Assembly (NCBI GenBank): GCA_035708305.1
Contig: DASSSU010000037.1
Coordinates: 1 to 52,379 of the forward strand
Direction: 5' to 3'
Length of the DNA stretch: 52,379 nucleotides
Origin: Minisyncoccota bacterium
GTDB taxonomy: Bacteria > Patescibacteriota > Minisyncoccia > Phycocordibacterales > DASSSU01
Position numbers and translations under genes: made by a program. Shown here in pieces: positions 30,550 through 40,537 of this stretch. Below the pieces are notes generated by a model that was not told the DNA's origin, ran no database searches, and saw only the letters and a list, made by a program, of their open reading frames with translations. How positions within the stretch are numbered: position 1 is the stretch's first letter; the number at the start of each line of letters is the position of its first letter.

Positions 30550-31335
30550 ATGAATTTTCCGGAATATTTTGACATTCATTCGCATATAAACGACGCGGCT
30601 TTTGACGGTGATCGTGTGGAGACGATCCGTCGCATGGCGGAAGCGGGAGTGGCAACGCTTGTGGTGGGGACGGATGAAAAAATGTCTCAAGATGCGGTGG
30701 CGATTGCGTCCCAAAACGAAAATATTTGGGCGGTGGTGGGGCTTCACCCGACGGACACGGACGAAGGATTTCGTGCAGAAGTGTATCGGGATCTTTTGCA
30801 TCATTCAAAAACCGTGGGAGTTGGTGAGTGTGGTCTGGATTATTACCGGATGAAAGAAGACACGGAAGCAGAGCGAAAAAGGCAGAAAAATGTTTTTGAA
30901 GCGCAGCTGGAGCTCGCGGTGGAAACAGGGAAGCCGCTCATGATTCATTGCCGGGATGCGCACGAAGATATGCTCTCGATCTTGGAATCCAAAAAGAAAT
31001 CCTACGGTGAAAAGCTATGGGGAAACATTCATTTTTTCACCGCCTCTCCTGAAGCCGCATCTCGGTATTTCAATCTGGAGTTCACCATTTCTTTTACGGG
31101 AGTGCTGACATTTACCCACGACTACGATGAAGTGGTGCGGTTTGCTCCGCTTTCTATGATTCAGTCCGAAACTGACTCGCCGTATGTGTCGCCTGTGCCG
31201 TACCGCGGCAGCCGCAATGAACCGACGCATGTGCGGGAGGTGGTGAAAAAAATCGCCGAAATTCGCGGCGAAGATCTGGAAAAGGTGAGGCATAGTCTGC
31301 TAGAAAATACGGTTCGGGTGTTTCGGCTAGGCTGA
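30550..31335 (+). CDS. tatD: TatD-family DNase
   Basis: DIHSH, GLHP, GECGLDY, IHCRDA and ETDSPY motifs. Confidence 0.93.
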   Translation: MNFPEYFDIHSHINDAAFDGDRVETIRRMAEAGVATLVVGTDEKMSQDAVAIASQNENIWAVVGLHPTDTDEGFRAEVYRDLLHHSKTVGVGECGLDYYRMKEDTEAERKRQKNVFEAQLELAVETGKPLMIHCRDAHEDMLSILESKKKSYGEKLWGNIHFFTASPEAASRYFNLEFTISFTGVLTFTHDYDEVVRFAPLSMIQSETDSPYVSPVPYRGSRNEPTHVREVVKKIAEIRGEDLEKVRHSLLENTVRVFRLG

Positions 31336-31405
31336 TTTTTCTGCTGTTTTGGAAAAATCGGAGAAAAATATTGCATTTTCAGCGCCTTTCTGGTAAAGTT
31401 TCGTC

Positions 31406-31927
31406 ATGTCAAAAAGCGAAGAGACCAAAACAGAACTCCAAAATGGAACGCTTATCTATGAAGCGGGATTCCATATTTTTCCAACCGCTTCTGCTTCGGA
31501 AGTAAAGGAAATTGTGGAGGCCATCAAAACAGAAGTTGCGAGGGTTGGCGGAGAAGTCATTTCTGAGGAAGAGCCAGCAAAAATCAAACTGGCGTATGAA
31601 ATGCGCAAAAACACGGCAAGCAAGCGGTACCGATTTACGGAAAGCTACTTCGGCTGGGTGAAGTTTGAAGGAGAAGCTGAAACAGCACTCAAGATGGACG
31701 AATTTTTGAAGCACCATGAGAGCATTCTTCGCTTTATCATTGTGAAAACTATTCGGGAAGATACGTTCTACCGAAAAGGCGATGAAGAAGAAAACGATTT
31801 TCAGGAAGAAGGCTCGGACACGGAGCATTCTTCTGAGACTGAAGTGGAAGAAGAAAAGAACAGTGAAGAAAAGACAGATATCGATGAAGAAGAACTCGAT
31901 AAATCCATCGAGCGCCTCACGACATAA
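31406..31927 (+). CDS. rpsF: 30S ribosomal protein S6 with acidic tail
   Basis: YE..F...P, KLAYE.RK and ILRF.IVK pattern; rpsF-ssb-rpsR synteny. Confidence 0.88.
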   Translation: MSKSEETKTELQNGTLIYEAGFHIFPTASASEVKEIVEAIKTEVARVGGEVISEEEPAKIKLAYEMRKNTASKRYRFTESYFGWVKFEGEAETALKMDEFLKHHESILRFIIVKTIREDTFYRKGDEEENDFQEEGSDTEHSSETEVEEEKNSEEKTDIDEEELDKSIERLTT

Positions 31928-31939
31928 TTTCAAAAGCGT

Positions 31940-32407
31940 ATGTATTTGAACAAAGTTTTTCTGATCGGAAACCTTACACGCGATCCGGAGCTCAAATCCC
32001 TTCCATCGGGAATTCAGATTTCTTCTTTTTCTTTGGCCACCAACCGAGTTTGGAACGGCAAAGACGGACAGAAGCAGGAAAGCACGGACTATCACAATGT
32101 CGTGGTATTTGGAAAGCAGGCGGACACCGTTTCCCGATATCTCAAGAAAGGAAGCAGTGCACTTGTGGAAGGGCGCATCCAAACAAGAAGTTGGGATGCA
32201 GAAGATGGCACAAAACGCTATCGCACGGAAATCATTGCTGACCGCATTCAGTTTGGTCCGAGAAGGGAAGATGTGGGCGGGCAGTCCTACGGCGCTTCTT
32301 CCGGTGCCTCAAAAAGTACTGCTTCTGCTTCAAAACAAAAAGAAGAAATAGACACGATTGAATACCCTGACGAAGAAGAAATCAATCCAGATGACATTCC
32401 TTTTTAG
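31940..32407 (+). CDS. ssb: Single-stranded DNA-binding protein
   Basis: NKVFLIGNLTRDPE start and C-terminal DDIPF. Confidence 0.97.
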   Translation: MYLNKVFLIGNLTRDPELKSLPSGIQISSFSLATNRVWNGKDGQKQESTDYHNVVVFGKQADTVSRYLKKGSSALVEGRIQTRSWDAEDGTKRYRTEIIADRIQFGPRREDVGGQSYGASSGASKSTASASKQKEEIDTIEYPDEEEINPDDIPF

Positions 32408-32446
32408 CGAAAACTTTAAATATTTAATCGGTATTCTCGAAATTTA

Positions 32447-32659
32447 ATGAAATCAACCATGCACAAAAACGAAGAAAATTTCACACATGTGGAGCACTAT
32501 GACTACAAAGACATTGAACTTCTCAAGAAGTTTGTTTCTCCACATGGAAAAATCATGCCGCGTAAGCGAACCGGCGTTCCGGTAAAAAATCAGCGTCAGA
32601 TTGCGGAAGCGATCAAGCGTGCGCGGTTTATGGGACTTCTTCCATATCTGATCCGATAG
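32447..32659 (+). CDS. rpsR: 30S ribosomal protein S18
   Basis: [11 protein letters not shown]...GKI.PR..TG...K.QR..A.AIKRAR..GLLPY. Confidence 0.96.
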   Translation: MKSTMHKNEENFTHVEHYDYKDIELLKKFVSPHGKIMPRKRTGVPVKNQRQIAEAIKRARFMGLLPYLIR

Positions 32660-32684
32660 TTTTTTGAGAATATGAGAGAAACAG

Positions 32685-32705
32685 ACACCCGAGAGGGTGT
32701 TTTTT
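32685..32705 (+). terminator. Intrinsic terminator after rpsR
   Basis: acaccc-gaga-gggtgt followed by a T tract. Confidence 0.75.
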
Positions 32706-32809
32706 ATCGGTTTCAAAAATTTAATTTCTGAAAAATGAAAAGGTAAAAGTTCTTGAGCTGTTTATAAACATCTTGTACTGCTTTTCCTCTGGTATAATGT
32801 TTCTAAAGT

Positions 32810-34795
32810 ATGGATGAAGAGAATGAAAAAAGCAGAATAGAGGGTTTTGAAGAAAAGCTGTATTCAAAGAACAAGATTCCCGAACCGAAACGATCCCAGC
32901 TTCTTCCCAAAAAATATGATATCCCGCGGGATTTTGAATCCTCCGAAGAGGAAACTGCTGAAGAAGTATCGCCTTTGGGGCCGAGCCCTTCCGCGACGGT
33001 GCTTCCAAAAGCGAAAAAAGCAGCATTAAAAAAAGAGTATCTCGGTTCATCACCATTTCGAAAGCTGCTCTTCTTTTCACTGATCTTTTTCGTGATTGCG
33101 GGAGGTGTGGCGGGGGTGATGTTTCTCGCCAACTCTGATGCTATTTCCACGAAGAACGTCCAAATGACCGTCATTGGTCCGGAAACCGCGAAAGCCGGCG
33201 ATAAGGATTTGTTTCAGATTTCCATTACAAACCGAAACCAGGTGCCGATCTCAAACGCATATCTGATGATGACTTTTCCAGACGGAACGCGAAAAGCTGA
33301 AGATCTTACGCAGACAATCACGGATTATCAGCAACAGCTCGGGAATATCGGAACTGGAGAAACTAAAAACACACAGGTGGAGGTGGCGCTTTTTGGAAAT
33401 GCGAATGATCAGCTGCCGATCGATCTGACGCTGGAATACAATCTCCAGAATTCCAAAGTTTCTTTTGTAAAGAAAATGACTCACACCGTTGAAATCACTT
33501 CCTCTCCGGTGGTTTTGAGTGTCAATCTTCTGCGCGCCTCAGCTTCGGACCAGCACGTGGAGCTTGATTTGACCGTGAATTCCAACTCAGATACAACCAT
33601 CAATGACCTTGTCGCGGAAGCGCAGTACCCGGTCGGATTCACCTTCGTGAGCTCGGTCCCCGCCGCTTCATCTGGAAGCAACATCTGGGATTTGGGAACG
33701 ATCGAGCCAGGAGAGCAAAAGACGATTAAAATAAACGGGATACTTTCCGGAGAAAGCACAGAAAAAAAGATTTTCCGTTTCCAGGCTGGACTTTCGAAAG
33801 ATCCGACGGCTGGTGTACAGGTTCCGTATGCTTTGGCGCAGGCAAACACTACTATTGAGGCGCCATTTGTACTTGCAGACATCGCTATTTCTGATATGGA
33901 TGACAAAACCGATGCGGTTGATCCGAAGAACAAAACGGTTGGGGGGACTGTCAGCTGGAAAAACAACAGTGGTGAGCGACTCACAAATATGAAAATGAAT
34001 TTGGCTTTGAGTGGAGATATCGTGAATCGGGAAACGGTTCAGTCGGAATCTGGGTTTTTCCAATCATCGGACGATACCATTCTGTGGGATCCGAGAACGA
34101 CGAAAAACCTTTCTGAAGTTTTGGAGGGTGCATCAGGACAGCTTCCGTTTCACTTTGATATTTATGATCCATTTTCTCCTGAAACAGCCATGATTCACAA
34201 CCCGACTGTGACCATGAACGTGAGTATGCAGGCAGACCGTCTTTCAGAGGCGGGAGCAGTAGATGAACTTCAGGCCTACGTAACCAAAAAAATTAAGATT
34301 GACACGGTTGTGAAGTTTGCTGCCTACGCGCTGTACAATGGGTCACCGTTTCAGAATTCCGGTCCGCTTCCGCCGGTGGTGGGGCAGCAGACCACCTACA
34401 CCATTTTCTGGACACTCAAAAATTCTTTCAACGATGTGAACGGTGCGATTGTAACGGCCAAGCTTCCTCCGTATATGCAGTGGATCGGTTCGTTCACTCC
34501 TCAAAAAGAAAATATCGAATACAACAGCCATACCGGAACGGTCACTTGGCATGTAGGAAAACTTGACGCTGGAACGGGTATTCAAACGCCGGATCGAGAG
34601 GTAGCCTTCCAGGTGGCGTTTCAGCCAAGTCTCAGCCAACTGGGAGAGACACCAAACATCTTGCTTGATAGTAACTTCCAGGGAACGGATGCGTTTACCG
34701 GGGCGGCGCTTGATCAAACTGTTCTTCCGGTAACGACACGTTTGACGGAAGATCCGAACTTTAACAACGATGCGTTAAGCAAGGTGACACAGTAA
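32810..34795 (+). CDS. Large single-pass membrane protein with several predicted Ig-like (DUF11-like) beta-sandwich domains
   Basis: Charged N-terminus, one TM, then beta-rich repeats (WDLG.IEPGE.KTI.I.G). Confidence 0.65.
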   Translation: MDEENEKSRIEGFEEKLYSKNKIPEPKRSQLLPKKYDIPRDFESSEEETAEEVSPLGPSPSATVLPKAKKAALKKEYLGSSPFRKLLFFSLIFFVIAGGVAGVMFLANSDAISTKNVQMTVIGPETAKAGDKDLFQISITNRNQVPISNAYLMMTFPDGTRKAEDLTQTITDYQQQLGNIGTGETKNTQVEVALFGNANDQLPIDLTLEYNLQNSKVSFVKKMTHTVEITSSPVVLSVNLLRASASDQHVELDLTVNSNSDTTINDLVAEAQYPVGFTFVSSVPAASSGSNIWDLGTIEPGEQKTIKINGILSGESTEKKIFRFQAGLSKDPTAGVQVPYALAQANTTIEAPFVLADIAISDMDDKTDAVDPKNKTVGGTVSWKNNSGERLTNMKMNLALSGDIVNRETVQSESGFFQSSDDTILWDPRTTKNLSEVLEGASGQLPFHFDIYDPFSPETAMIHNPTVTMNVSMQADRLSEAGAVDELQAYVTKKIKIDTVVKFAAYALYNGSPFQNSGPLPPVVGQQTTYTIFWTLKNSFNDVNGAIVTAKLPPYMQWIGSFTPQKENIEYNSHTGTVTWHVGKLDAGTGIQTPDREVAFQVAFQPSLSQLGETPNILLDSNFQGTDAFTGAALDQTVLPVTTRLTEDPNFNNDALSKVTQ

Positions 34796-34864
34796 AATTT
34801 CAATCGGATACTGGTGTACTTTGTAAATCTGTGTTACAATATCCAAAACTTAATAAATGAAATT

Positions 34865-35422
34865 ATGACAGCTTTCTACATCATTATAGCGATCATTGTT
34901 GTGGCGGTTTTGGCTCTGATTCTTTTTTACAACCACCTCGTGCGTCTTCGAAACCACGCGGAAGAAGCATGGGCGGACATTGATGTGCAGCTCAAGCGGC
35001 GATACGATTTGATCCCAAACCTGGTGAACACGGTGAAAGGCTATGCCGCACACGAACAGGGAACGTTTGAAAAAGTCACCGCAGCACGCACTGCGGCCAT
35101 GAATGCTGGAACGGTTGCCGAAAAAGCGCAGGCCGAAAACCAGCTTACTGGCGCGCTCAAATCACTTTTTGCGGTTTCCGAGAGCTATCCGGATTTGAAA
35201 GCAAGCCAGAACTTCTTGGAACTCCAGCAGGAACTTTCCGACACGGAAAACAAAATCCAGGCAGCACGTCGCTTCTACAACAGCAATGTCTTGGCACTTC
35301 AGAACGCCCTCGAAGCCTTTCCAGGAAATGTGTTTGCAAGTTCCTTTGGCTTCACAACGAAAGATTTTTTCCAGCTTGAAGAAAATGCCGCTGAGAAAGA
35401 GCCAGTGAAAGTAAGTTTCTAG
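34865..35422 (+). CDS. lemA: LemA-family protein
   Basis: IDVQLKRRYDLIPNLV, V.E.YPDLKA.QNF and AARRFYN motifs. Confidence 0.95.
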   Translation: MTAFYIIIAIIVVAVLALILFYNHLVRLRNHAEEAWADIDVQLKRRYDLIPNLVNTVKGYAAHEQGTFEKVTAARTAAMNAGTVAEKAQAENQLTGALKSLFAVSESYPDLKASQNFLELQQELSDTENKIQAARRFYNSNVLALQNALEAFPGNVFASSFGFTTKDFFQLEENAAEKEPVKVSF

Positions 35423-35466
35423 ATTTCTGAAGGCTTCCAGTTTTGAGGAATTTTGGAGTGAATGAC

Positions 35467-35510
35467 TTCTGTTCTTTTCGAAGTTTGTAGACTTCACGAG
35501 AAGAGAAGAT
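35467..35510 (+). repeat. Family A hairpin, copy A6
   Basis: ttctgttcttttcgaagtttgtagacttcacgagaagagaa, between lemA and htpX. Confidence 0.8.
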
Positions 35511-35570
35511 GGAGCCGTTCTCCAAACTTGAGCTTCAATTTACGCTTCTCTGTAATTCAAATTTAAAATA

Positions 35571-36476
35571 ATGGCAAAAACACTCTACCAAGAGCGCTTT
35601 CAAAACGTATGGAAAACCTGGCTGCTGATGTCCGGGTTTTTGATCGTGATTATTTTGCTGGGATTTGCGGCGAGCTGGTATTTCGACAGTGCGGCTATTT
35701 TGTACGCTGCGGTGGCGTTCAGTCTTTTTATGAACTTTCTGAGCTACTGGCATGCAGACAAGATCGCCCTCCGAGTAAATCGCGCCAAGCCGCTTCCACG
35801 TGAAGGACACGAAAGAGTGTACAACACGGTAGAAAATCTTTCGATCGCGGCGGGTTTACCCATGCCCAAGCTCTACATCATCGACGACCCTGCACCAAAC
35901 GCTTTTGCAACCGGGCGAAATGCCAAGCATGCCGCCGTCGCAGTCACGAGCGGGCTTTTGCAGATGATGAACCAAAACGAGCTTGAAGGCGTTTTGGCAC
36001 ATGAGCTCTCGCACGTCGGCAACAAAGATATTTTGGTACAGACCGTGGTAGTGGTCCTCGTCGGATTTGTCGCGATTCTCTCGGATATTTTTCTTCGGTC
36101 AACTTTTTGGGGGATTGGCGGGAATGATCGTGATTCTCGGGCGGGGATTATTTTTATGATCATTGGAATTATTTTTTCCATTCTTGCGCCGATTGTAGCA
36201 ACGATCATTCAGCTGGCAGTTTCCCGAAAGCGCGAATTCCTTGCGGACGCTTCCGGTGCGCTTCTGACGCGCTACCCGGAAGGACTCATTTCTGCGCTTC
36301 AGAAGATCGATGCGTATTCTGCTCCGATGCGGCACCCGAGCAACGCCACCGCGCACATGTATATCGCAAACCCATTTGGTTCAAAAGGGAAATCTTTCTC
36401 CGCTTCGATCAGCCGGCTTTTCATGACCCATCCGCCGGTTGCAGACCGCATCGCGGCTCTGCGCGGAATGGAGTAA
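35571..36476 (+). CDS. htpX: M48 zinc metalloprotease HtpX
   Basis: PNAFATG, HELSH (HExxH), SRKREFLAD and THPP motifs. Confidence 0.95.
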   Translation: MAKTLYQERFQNVWKTWLLMSGFLIVIILLGFAASWYFDSAAILYAAVAFSLFMNFLSYWHADKIALRVNRAKPLPREGHERVYNTVENLSIAAGLPMPKLYIIDDPAPNAFATGRNAKHAAVAVTSGLLQMMNQNELEGVLAHELSHVGNKDILVQTVVVVLVGFVAILSDIFLRSTFWGIGGNDRDSRAGIIFMIIGIIFSILAPIVATIIQLAVSRKREFLADASGALLTRYPEGLISALQKIDAYSAPMRHPSNATAHMYIANPFGSKGKSFSASISRLFMTHPPVADRIAALRGME

Positions 36477-36488
36477 TTCTTTAGACCG

Positions 36489-36527
36489 GCAAAATAAAAA
36501 TCACCCGCAGGGTGATTTTTATTTTGT
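36489..36527. terminator. Bidirectional terminator-like hairpin
   Basis: caaaataaaaatcaccc-gca-gggtgatttttattttg. Confidence 0.8.
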
Positions 36528-36754
36528 GTGCGGAGAGAGAGGGATTCGGCGCCAGCTCACATCAATATTTTTGTTCGCTTTACTCCAAAAATATTGTGTG
36601 GCTCCTGCCCGGGCTCGACAGTTCAGAAAATAAATAAGAATGTATTTTCTCCGTCTCCGCCTTTCGAATCCCACACTCTCAGAAAGCAAGTCAAGAAAAA
36701 AGTCACCCTAGACGGATGACCTTTTCTTGACTTGTGCGGAGAGAGAGGGATTCG
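36527..36754 (-). repeat. 22-bp direct repeat of the tRNA-Ser 3' end flanking a ~185-bp hairpin-rich module
   Basis: tgtgcggagagagagggattcg at 36527-36548 and 36733-36754. Confidence 0.85.
36687..36734 (-). terminator. Terminator hairpin downstream of tRNA-Ser
   Basis: caagtcaagaaaa...ttttcttgacttg with inner gtca/tgac. Confidence 0.75.
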
Positions 36755-36823
36755 AACCCTCGGTGGGCGTAAACCCACACTCGCACTCCAAGCGAGCGCC
36801 TTCGACCACTCAGCCATCTCTCC
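36737..36823 (-). tRNA. tRNA-Ser (anticodon GGA), CCA not encoded
   Basis: Minus strand GGAGAGA acceptor; D-loop TGAGTGGTCGAA; anticodon arm CTCGC-TT-GGA-GT-GCGAG; long variable arm; GGTTCGAATCC T-arm. Confidence 0.97.
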
Positions 36824-36991
36824 AAATTGCACTTTTCCTCTCCATTTATACACGAGAAAGCGAAGAAATGCAAAGTGTGTGGTTTCACAACTGAAAGAGT
36901 TTTTTGATTATAAATATCTGCTTGTCAGATAAGGTTTGACACAAAAAGTGTGAGCGCTATAATCCTTGATTATTCTTTTATAATTATTTTT

Positions 36992-38272
36992 ATGAGCAAA
37001 ATTGCCAAGGTGTTTGCGAGAGAGATTCTTGATTCAAGAGGAAATCCGACGGTGGAGGTGGAGGTGACGCTTGCGGACGGTTCGTTCGGAAGGGCGGCAG
37101 TACCGAGCGGGGCTTCCACGGGAGCGCATGAAGCGTGCGAACTTCGGGACGAGGACATGAAAAGGTACGGCGGGAAGGGGGTTTTGAAAGCCGTACAGAA
37201 TGTCAACACGACGATCGCGCGAAAAATACAGAAGAAAGAATTTGATCAAAAGTCTCTGGACACGCTCTTGATCGAGATCGACGGAACTCCAAACAAAACC
37301 AACCTTGGCGCAAATGCGCTTCTCGGGGTGTCCTTGGCATTTGCGAAAGCGCAAGCGATCTCAGAAAAGAAACCGCTCTGGAAATACTTCAAGGAAATTT
37401 CGAAAACAAAAAAGACGATGCTTCCGGTGCCGATGATGAATGTCTTAAACGGCGGAAGGCATGCCGACTCGGTGGATTTGCAGGAATTTATGATCATGCC
37501 GGTCGGTGCGAAATCTTTCTCCGAAGCGCTCCGGTGGGGAACGGAAGTGTTCCATGCGCTCAAAAAGATCCTCAAAGATCGAGGGCTCAATACCTCCGTG
37601 GGAGATGAGGGAGGATATGCTCCAAGTCTCGAGAAAAACGAAGACGCGATCGAGCTCATTCTTGAAGCGATCAAGAAAGCCGGCTATCGCCCTGGGAAGG
37701 ATATTGCGGTGGCGATCGATGCTGCTGCTTCGGAATTTTATGAAGATGGCAAGTATCATTTGAAAACCGAGAAGAAAATTCTCTCTGCGGAAGAAATGGT
37801 GGACCTGTACGCCGGGTGGATCAAAAAATATCCGATCGTGTCCATCGAAGATGGGCTTGCGGAAGACGACTGGGAAGGGCAGAAATTCATGACAAAAAAA
37901 CTGGGCAAGAAAGTGCAGCTGGTCGGCGATGATATTTTTGTCACCAACATCGAAAGACTGGAACGAGGAATCAAAGAGGAATGCTGCAACGCGATTTTGA
38001 TCAAGCTCAATCAGATCGGAACGGTAAGCGAGACGATTGATGCGGTGACGATGGCGCGAAAAGCCGGATGGAATTCGATCATTTCTCACCGGTCGGGTGA
38101 AACCGAAGATCCGGTGATCGCGGACTTTGCGGTAGGTCTCGGAACGGGAGAGATCAAGACCGGGTCGCTCTGCCGGTCGGAACGTGTGGCGAAGTATAAC
38201 CAGCTGCTTCGCATAGAAGAATCACTCGGAAAGAAAGCGGAGTTTCCGGGAGTGTCTATTTTAAAAAAGTAA
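36992..38272 (+). CDS. eno: Enolase
   Basis: [30 protein letters not shown] and SHRSGET motifs; start set at ATG 36992. Confidence 0.98.
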   Translation: MSKIAKVFAREILDSRGNPTVEVEVTLADGSFGRAAVPSGASTGAHEACELRDEDMKRYGGKGVLKAVQNVNTTIARKIQKKEFDQKSLDTLLIEIDGTPNKTNLGANALLGVSLAFAKAQAISEKKPLWKYFKEISKTKKTMLPVPMMNVLNGGRHADSVDLQEFMIMPVGAKSFSEALRWGTEVFHALKKILKDRGLNTSVGDEGGYAPSLEKNEDAIELILEAIKKAGYRPGKDIAVAIDAAASEFYEDGKYHLKTEKKILSAEEMVDLYAGWIKKYPIVSIEDGLAEDDWEGQKFMTKKLGKKVQLVGDDIFVTNIERLERGIKEECCNAILIKLNQIGTVSETIDAVTMARKAGWNSIISHRSGETEDPVIADFAVGLGTGEIKTGSLCRSERVAKYNQLLRIEESLGKKAEFPGVSILKK

Positions 38273-38283
38273 AGAAAAATTTT

Positions 38284-38892
38284 ATGGCTCGATTATTTCT
38301 CATCCGACACGGAAAGTCCGAATGGAACAAGCTCGGGAAGTGGACGGGGTGGACGGATGTCTCGCTTGATGAAGACGGCATCAAAGAAGCGGAAAGAGCG
38401 GGGCAGCTGCTTTGCAATGAAGACGTGCACAAGGTCTACACGTCGAAACTCAAAAGAACGCACGAAACGTTTGAGCATTTGAAGAATGGGGCAAACAAGG
38501 AATTCCCTGAATCAGTGCCGTGCGAGGAATTGAATGAAAGAAATTATGGAATTCACACGGGGAAAAACAAGTGGGAAGTGAAAGAGGAGGTCGGAGAGGA
38601 AGCGTTCAATCAACTCAGAAGGGGATGGAACGTGGAAGTGCCGGAAGGAGAAACGCTCAAGGACGTGCATGCTCGGGTCGTGCCGTTTTACGAATCGAAT
38701 ATTAAAAAAGATCTTGCAGAAGGCAAAAATGTCTTAGTGGTCGCGCACGGCAATACTCTTCGAGCGCTCGTGAAGCACTTGGAAGACTTGGATGAAGCGG
38801 CGGTATGCGAAGTGGAAATCGGCACCGGTGAAATCCATTGCTACGAAACGGATGAAAATGGGCAGATTGTTTCCAAGGAGGTGAGGAAGTGA
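38284..38892 (+). CDS. gpmA: 2,3-bisphosphoglycerate-dependent phosphoglycerate mutase
   Basis: RHGKSEWN, LNERNYG and VAHGNTLRAL motifs; follows eno. Confidence 0.9.
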   Translation: MARLFLIRHGKSEWNKLGKWTGWTDVSLDEDGIKEAERAGQLLCNEDVHKVYTSKLKRTHETFEHLKNGANKEFPESVPCEELNERNYGIHTGKNKWEVKEEVGEEAFNQLRRGWNVEVPEGETLKDVHARVVPFYESNIKKDLAEGKNVLVVAHGNTLRALVKHLEDLDEAAVCEVEIGTGEIHCYETDENGQIVSKEVRK

Positions 38893-38916
38893 TTGTGGTA
38901 TCATGAAGGTATCTTT

Positions 38917-39855
38917 ATGACACAAGAAGAAAAAAAATTTGGTGAGGTCATGATTTATCGCGATGGTGATAAACCGCGACTTGAAGTCAAACTTGAACAA
39001 GGAACGGTGTGGCTGACGCAATCACAGATGGTGGAGCTTTTTGAAAGTAGCAAGGCAAACGTGAGCGAGCATATCAAGAATATTTACGAAGAAGGCGAAC
39101 TCAGGGAAAACACAGTTGTTCGGAAATTCCGAACAACTGCCCAAGATGGAAAGACCTACAATGTTGCTCACTATAATCTGGATATGATCATATCGCTGGG
39201 GTATCGAATAAAATCTCATACTGCGACTCAGTTTCGTATGTGGGCGACGGGCGTGCTGCGTGAGTACACTCTCCAGGGTGTGGCAGTGAATCAAAAACGA
39301 CTCGACCAGCTGGGAAAGTACCTCGATATTGTTTCGCGTTCGGAAATTGCGGAAGTCTCGGGTGTGGGTGAGATTGTGAAAGAATACATCGGTGCGCTTC
39401 ATCTGCTTGAGGAATACGACGACAACAGGCTGAGCGAGCCGGAAGGGAGGAAAGAAAGTTGGAAACTAACCTACGAGGAAGCGCGGACTTTTCTTGAGAA
39501 AATAAAAAAGCAAGAAGACTTTGGCGAGAATTTTGCAAATGAACGAAGTGAGCATTTCGGAGGTGTCGTCGCCGGTTTGTATCAAACATTTGGTGGGAAG
39601 GAACTCTACAAAAGTGTGGAGGAAAAAGCGGCGAATCTTCTGTATCAGGTGGTGAAAGACCATCCATTTGTGGATGGCAACAAACGTTCCGCAGCGGCAC
39701 TCTTTATTTTTTTCCTCTCCAAAAACGGCATCCGCTCGACAATCAACAGTAACGCACTTGCGGCAACTATCCTCATGGTCGCGCTTTCCGATCCATCTGA
39801 AAAAGATCAGATGATTCTTTTGGTGCGCAATTTTCTTGATAGCGGGAGAAAGTAG
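38917..39855 (+). CDS. RhuM-like N-terminal domain fused to a Fic/Doc domain
   Basis: TVWLTQ.QM.ELF, YNLDMIISLGYR..S..ATQFR.WAT and Fic motif HPFVDGNKR. Confidence 0.9.
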   Translation: MTQEEKKFGEVMIYRDGDKPRLEVKLEQGTVWLTQSQMVELFESSKANVSEHIKNIYEEGELRENTVVRKFRTTAQDGKTYNVAHYNLDMIISLGYRIKSHTATQFRMWATGVLREYTLQGVAVNQKRLDQLGKYLDIVSRSEIAEVSGVGEIVKEYIGALHLLEEYDDNRLSEPEGRKESWKLTYEEARTFLEKIKKQEDFGENFANERSEHFGGVVAGLYQTFGGKELYKSVEEKAANLLYQVVKDHPFVDGNKRSAAALFIFFLSKNGIRSTINSNALAATILMVALSDPSEKDQMILLVRNFLDSGRK

Positions 39856-39927
39856 CTTTTTACTTTTTAAAAGTAAAAATATTCCACGAAATTGATCGGG
39901 TTTATTAAGAAAGACCAAAAAACAACT

Positions 39928-40349
39928 ATGACCTTGGGAGTACGAGCAATAATAAAAAGAAAAAATTCGCTCATAATGGTGGAACACACGGAGAAAGAGC
40001 ATGGTGTTTTTTTCTTTTTCCAGGTGGTGGAATAGAAGAACACGAAAGTATTTTTATGGCGGCTGAACGCGAAGTCTTGGAGGAAACAGGATTGGCTGTG
40101 AAAGCGGAAAAAATCCTTTACATTCGTGAAGTAAAATATAAGAAAAAATATGGATTAGAGTTTTATGTGTTGTGCAAATATGTTTCAGGCACGCCAAGGC
40201 TTGGAAAAGATCCTGAACTTGGGGAAAATGATCAAATACTGACAAGGGTGGAAGAGATTGATATATCAAAACTTGATACTGTAAAGTGGAGACCGGAAGA
40301 GCTTCAAGGAGTGCTTATCAAAGAAACCGCCAACCTCGAAGAAATTTGA
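39928..40349 (+). pseudogene. NUDIX hydrolase split by a -1 frameshift in a T run
   Basis: N-part MTLGVRAIIK...GVFF from ATG 39928 stops at TAG 40033-40035; the -1 frame continues FPGGGIEEHESIFMAAEREVLEETG (Nudix box) to TGA 40349. Confidence 0.8.
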
Positions 40350-40537
40350 GAATATAAAATATTTAGGACTTACTTCTTTGGGGTAGAGGTTTAAAAAAGG
40401 GGGCGGATTGTTTCCAAGGAGGTGAGAAAGTAAACAGCATTGGTAACTGCGAGAATCCTCCAATACCTTGTTATTTTCACTGATCCGAAAGAAAATAAAG
40501 TACAGAACAAGTTACATTTTCTTTGATTTCATGAAAT

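Larger units (their letters stand above)
38860..40433 (+). other. Cassette (RhuM-Fic plus NUDIX) bounded by a 33-bp imperfect direct repeat of the gpmA 3' end
   Basis: gggcagattgtttccaaggaggtgaggaagtga (38860-38892) versus gggcggattgtttccaaggaggtgagaaagtaa (40401-40433). Confidence 0.7.

Noticed and set aside
31406-32659. No rplI after rpsF-ssb-rpsR
   Set aside because: rplI is often unlinked or absent in CPR lineages, and a single window cannot show loss
38917-39855. RhuM-Fic fusion as a novel system
   Set aside because: This is a recognised, widespread architecture; only its insertion context is reported
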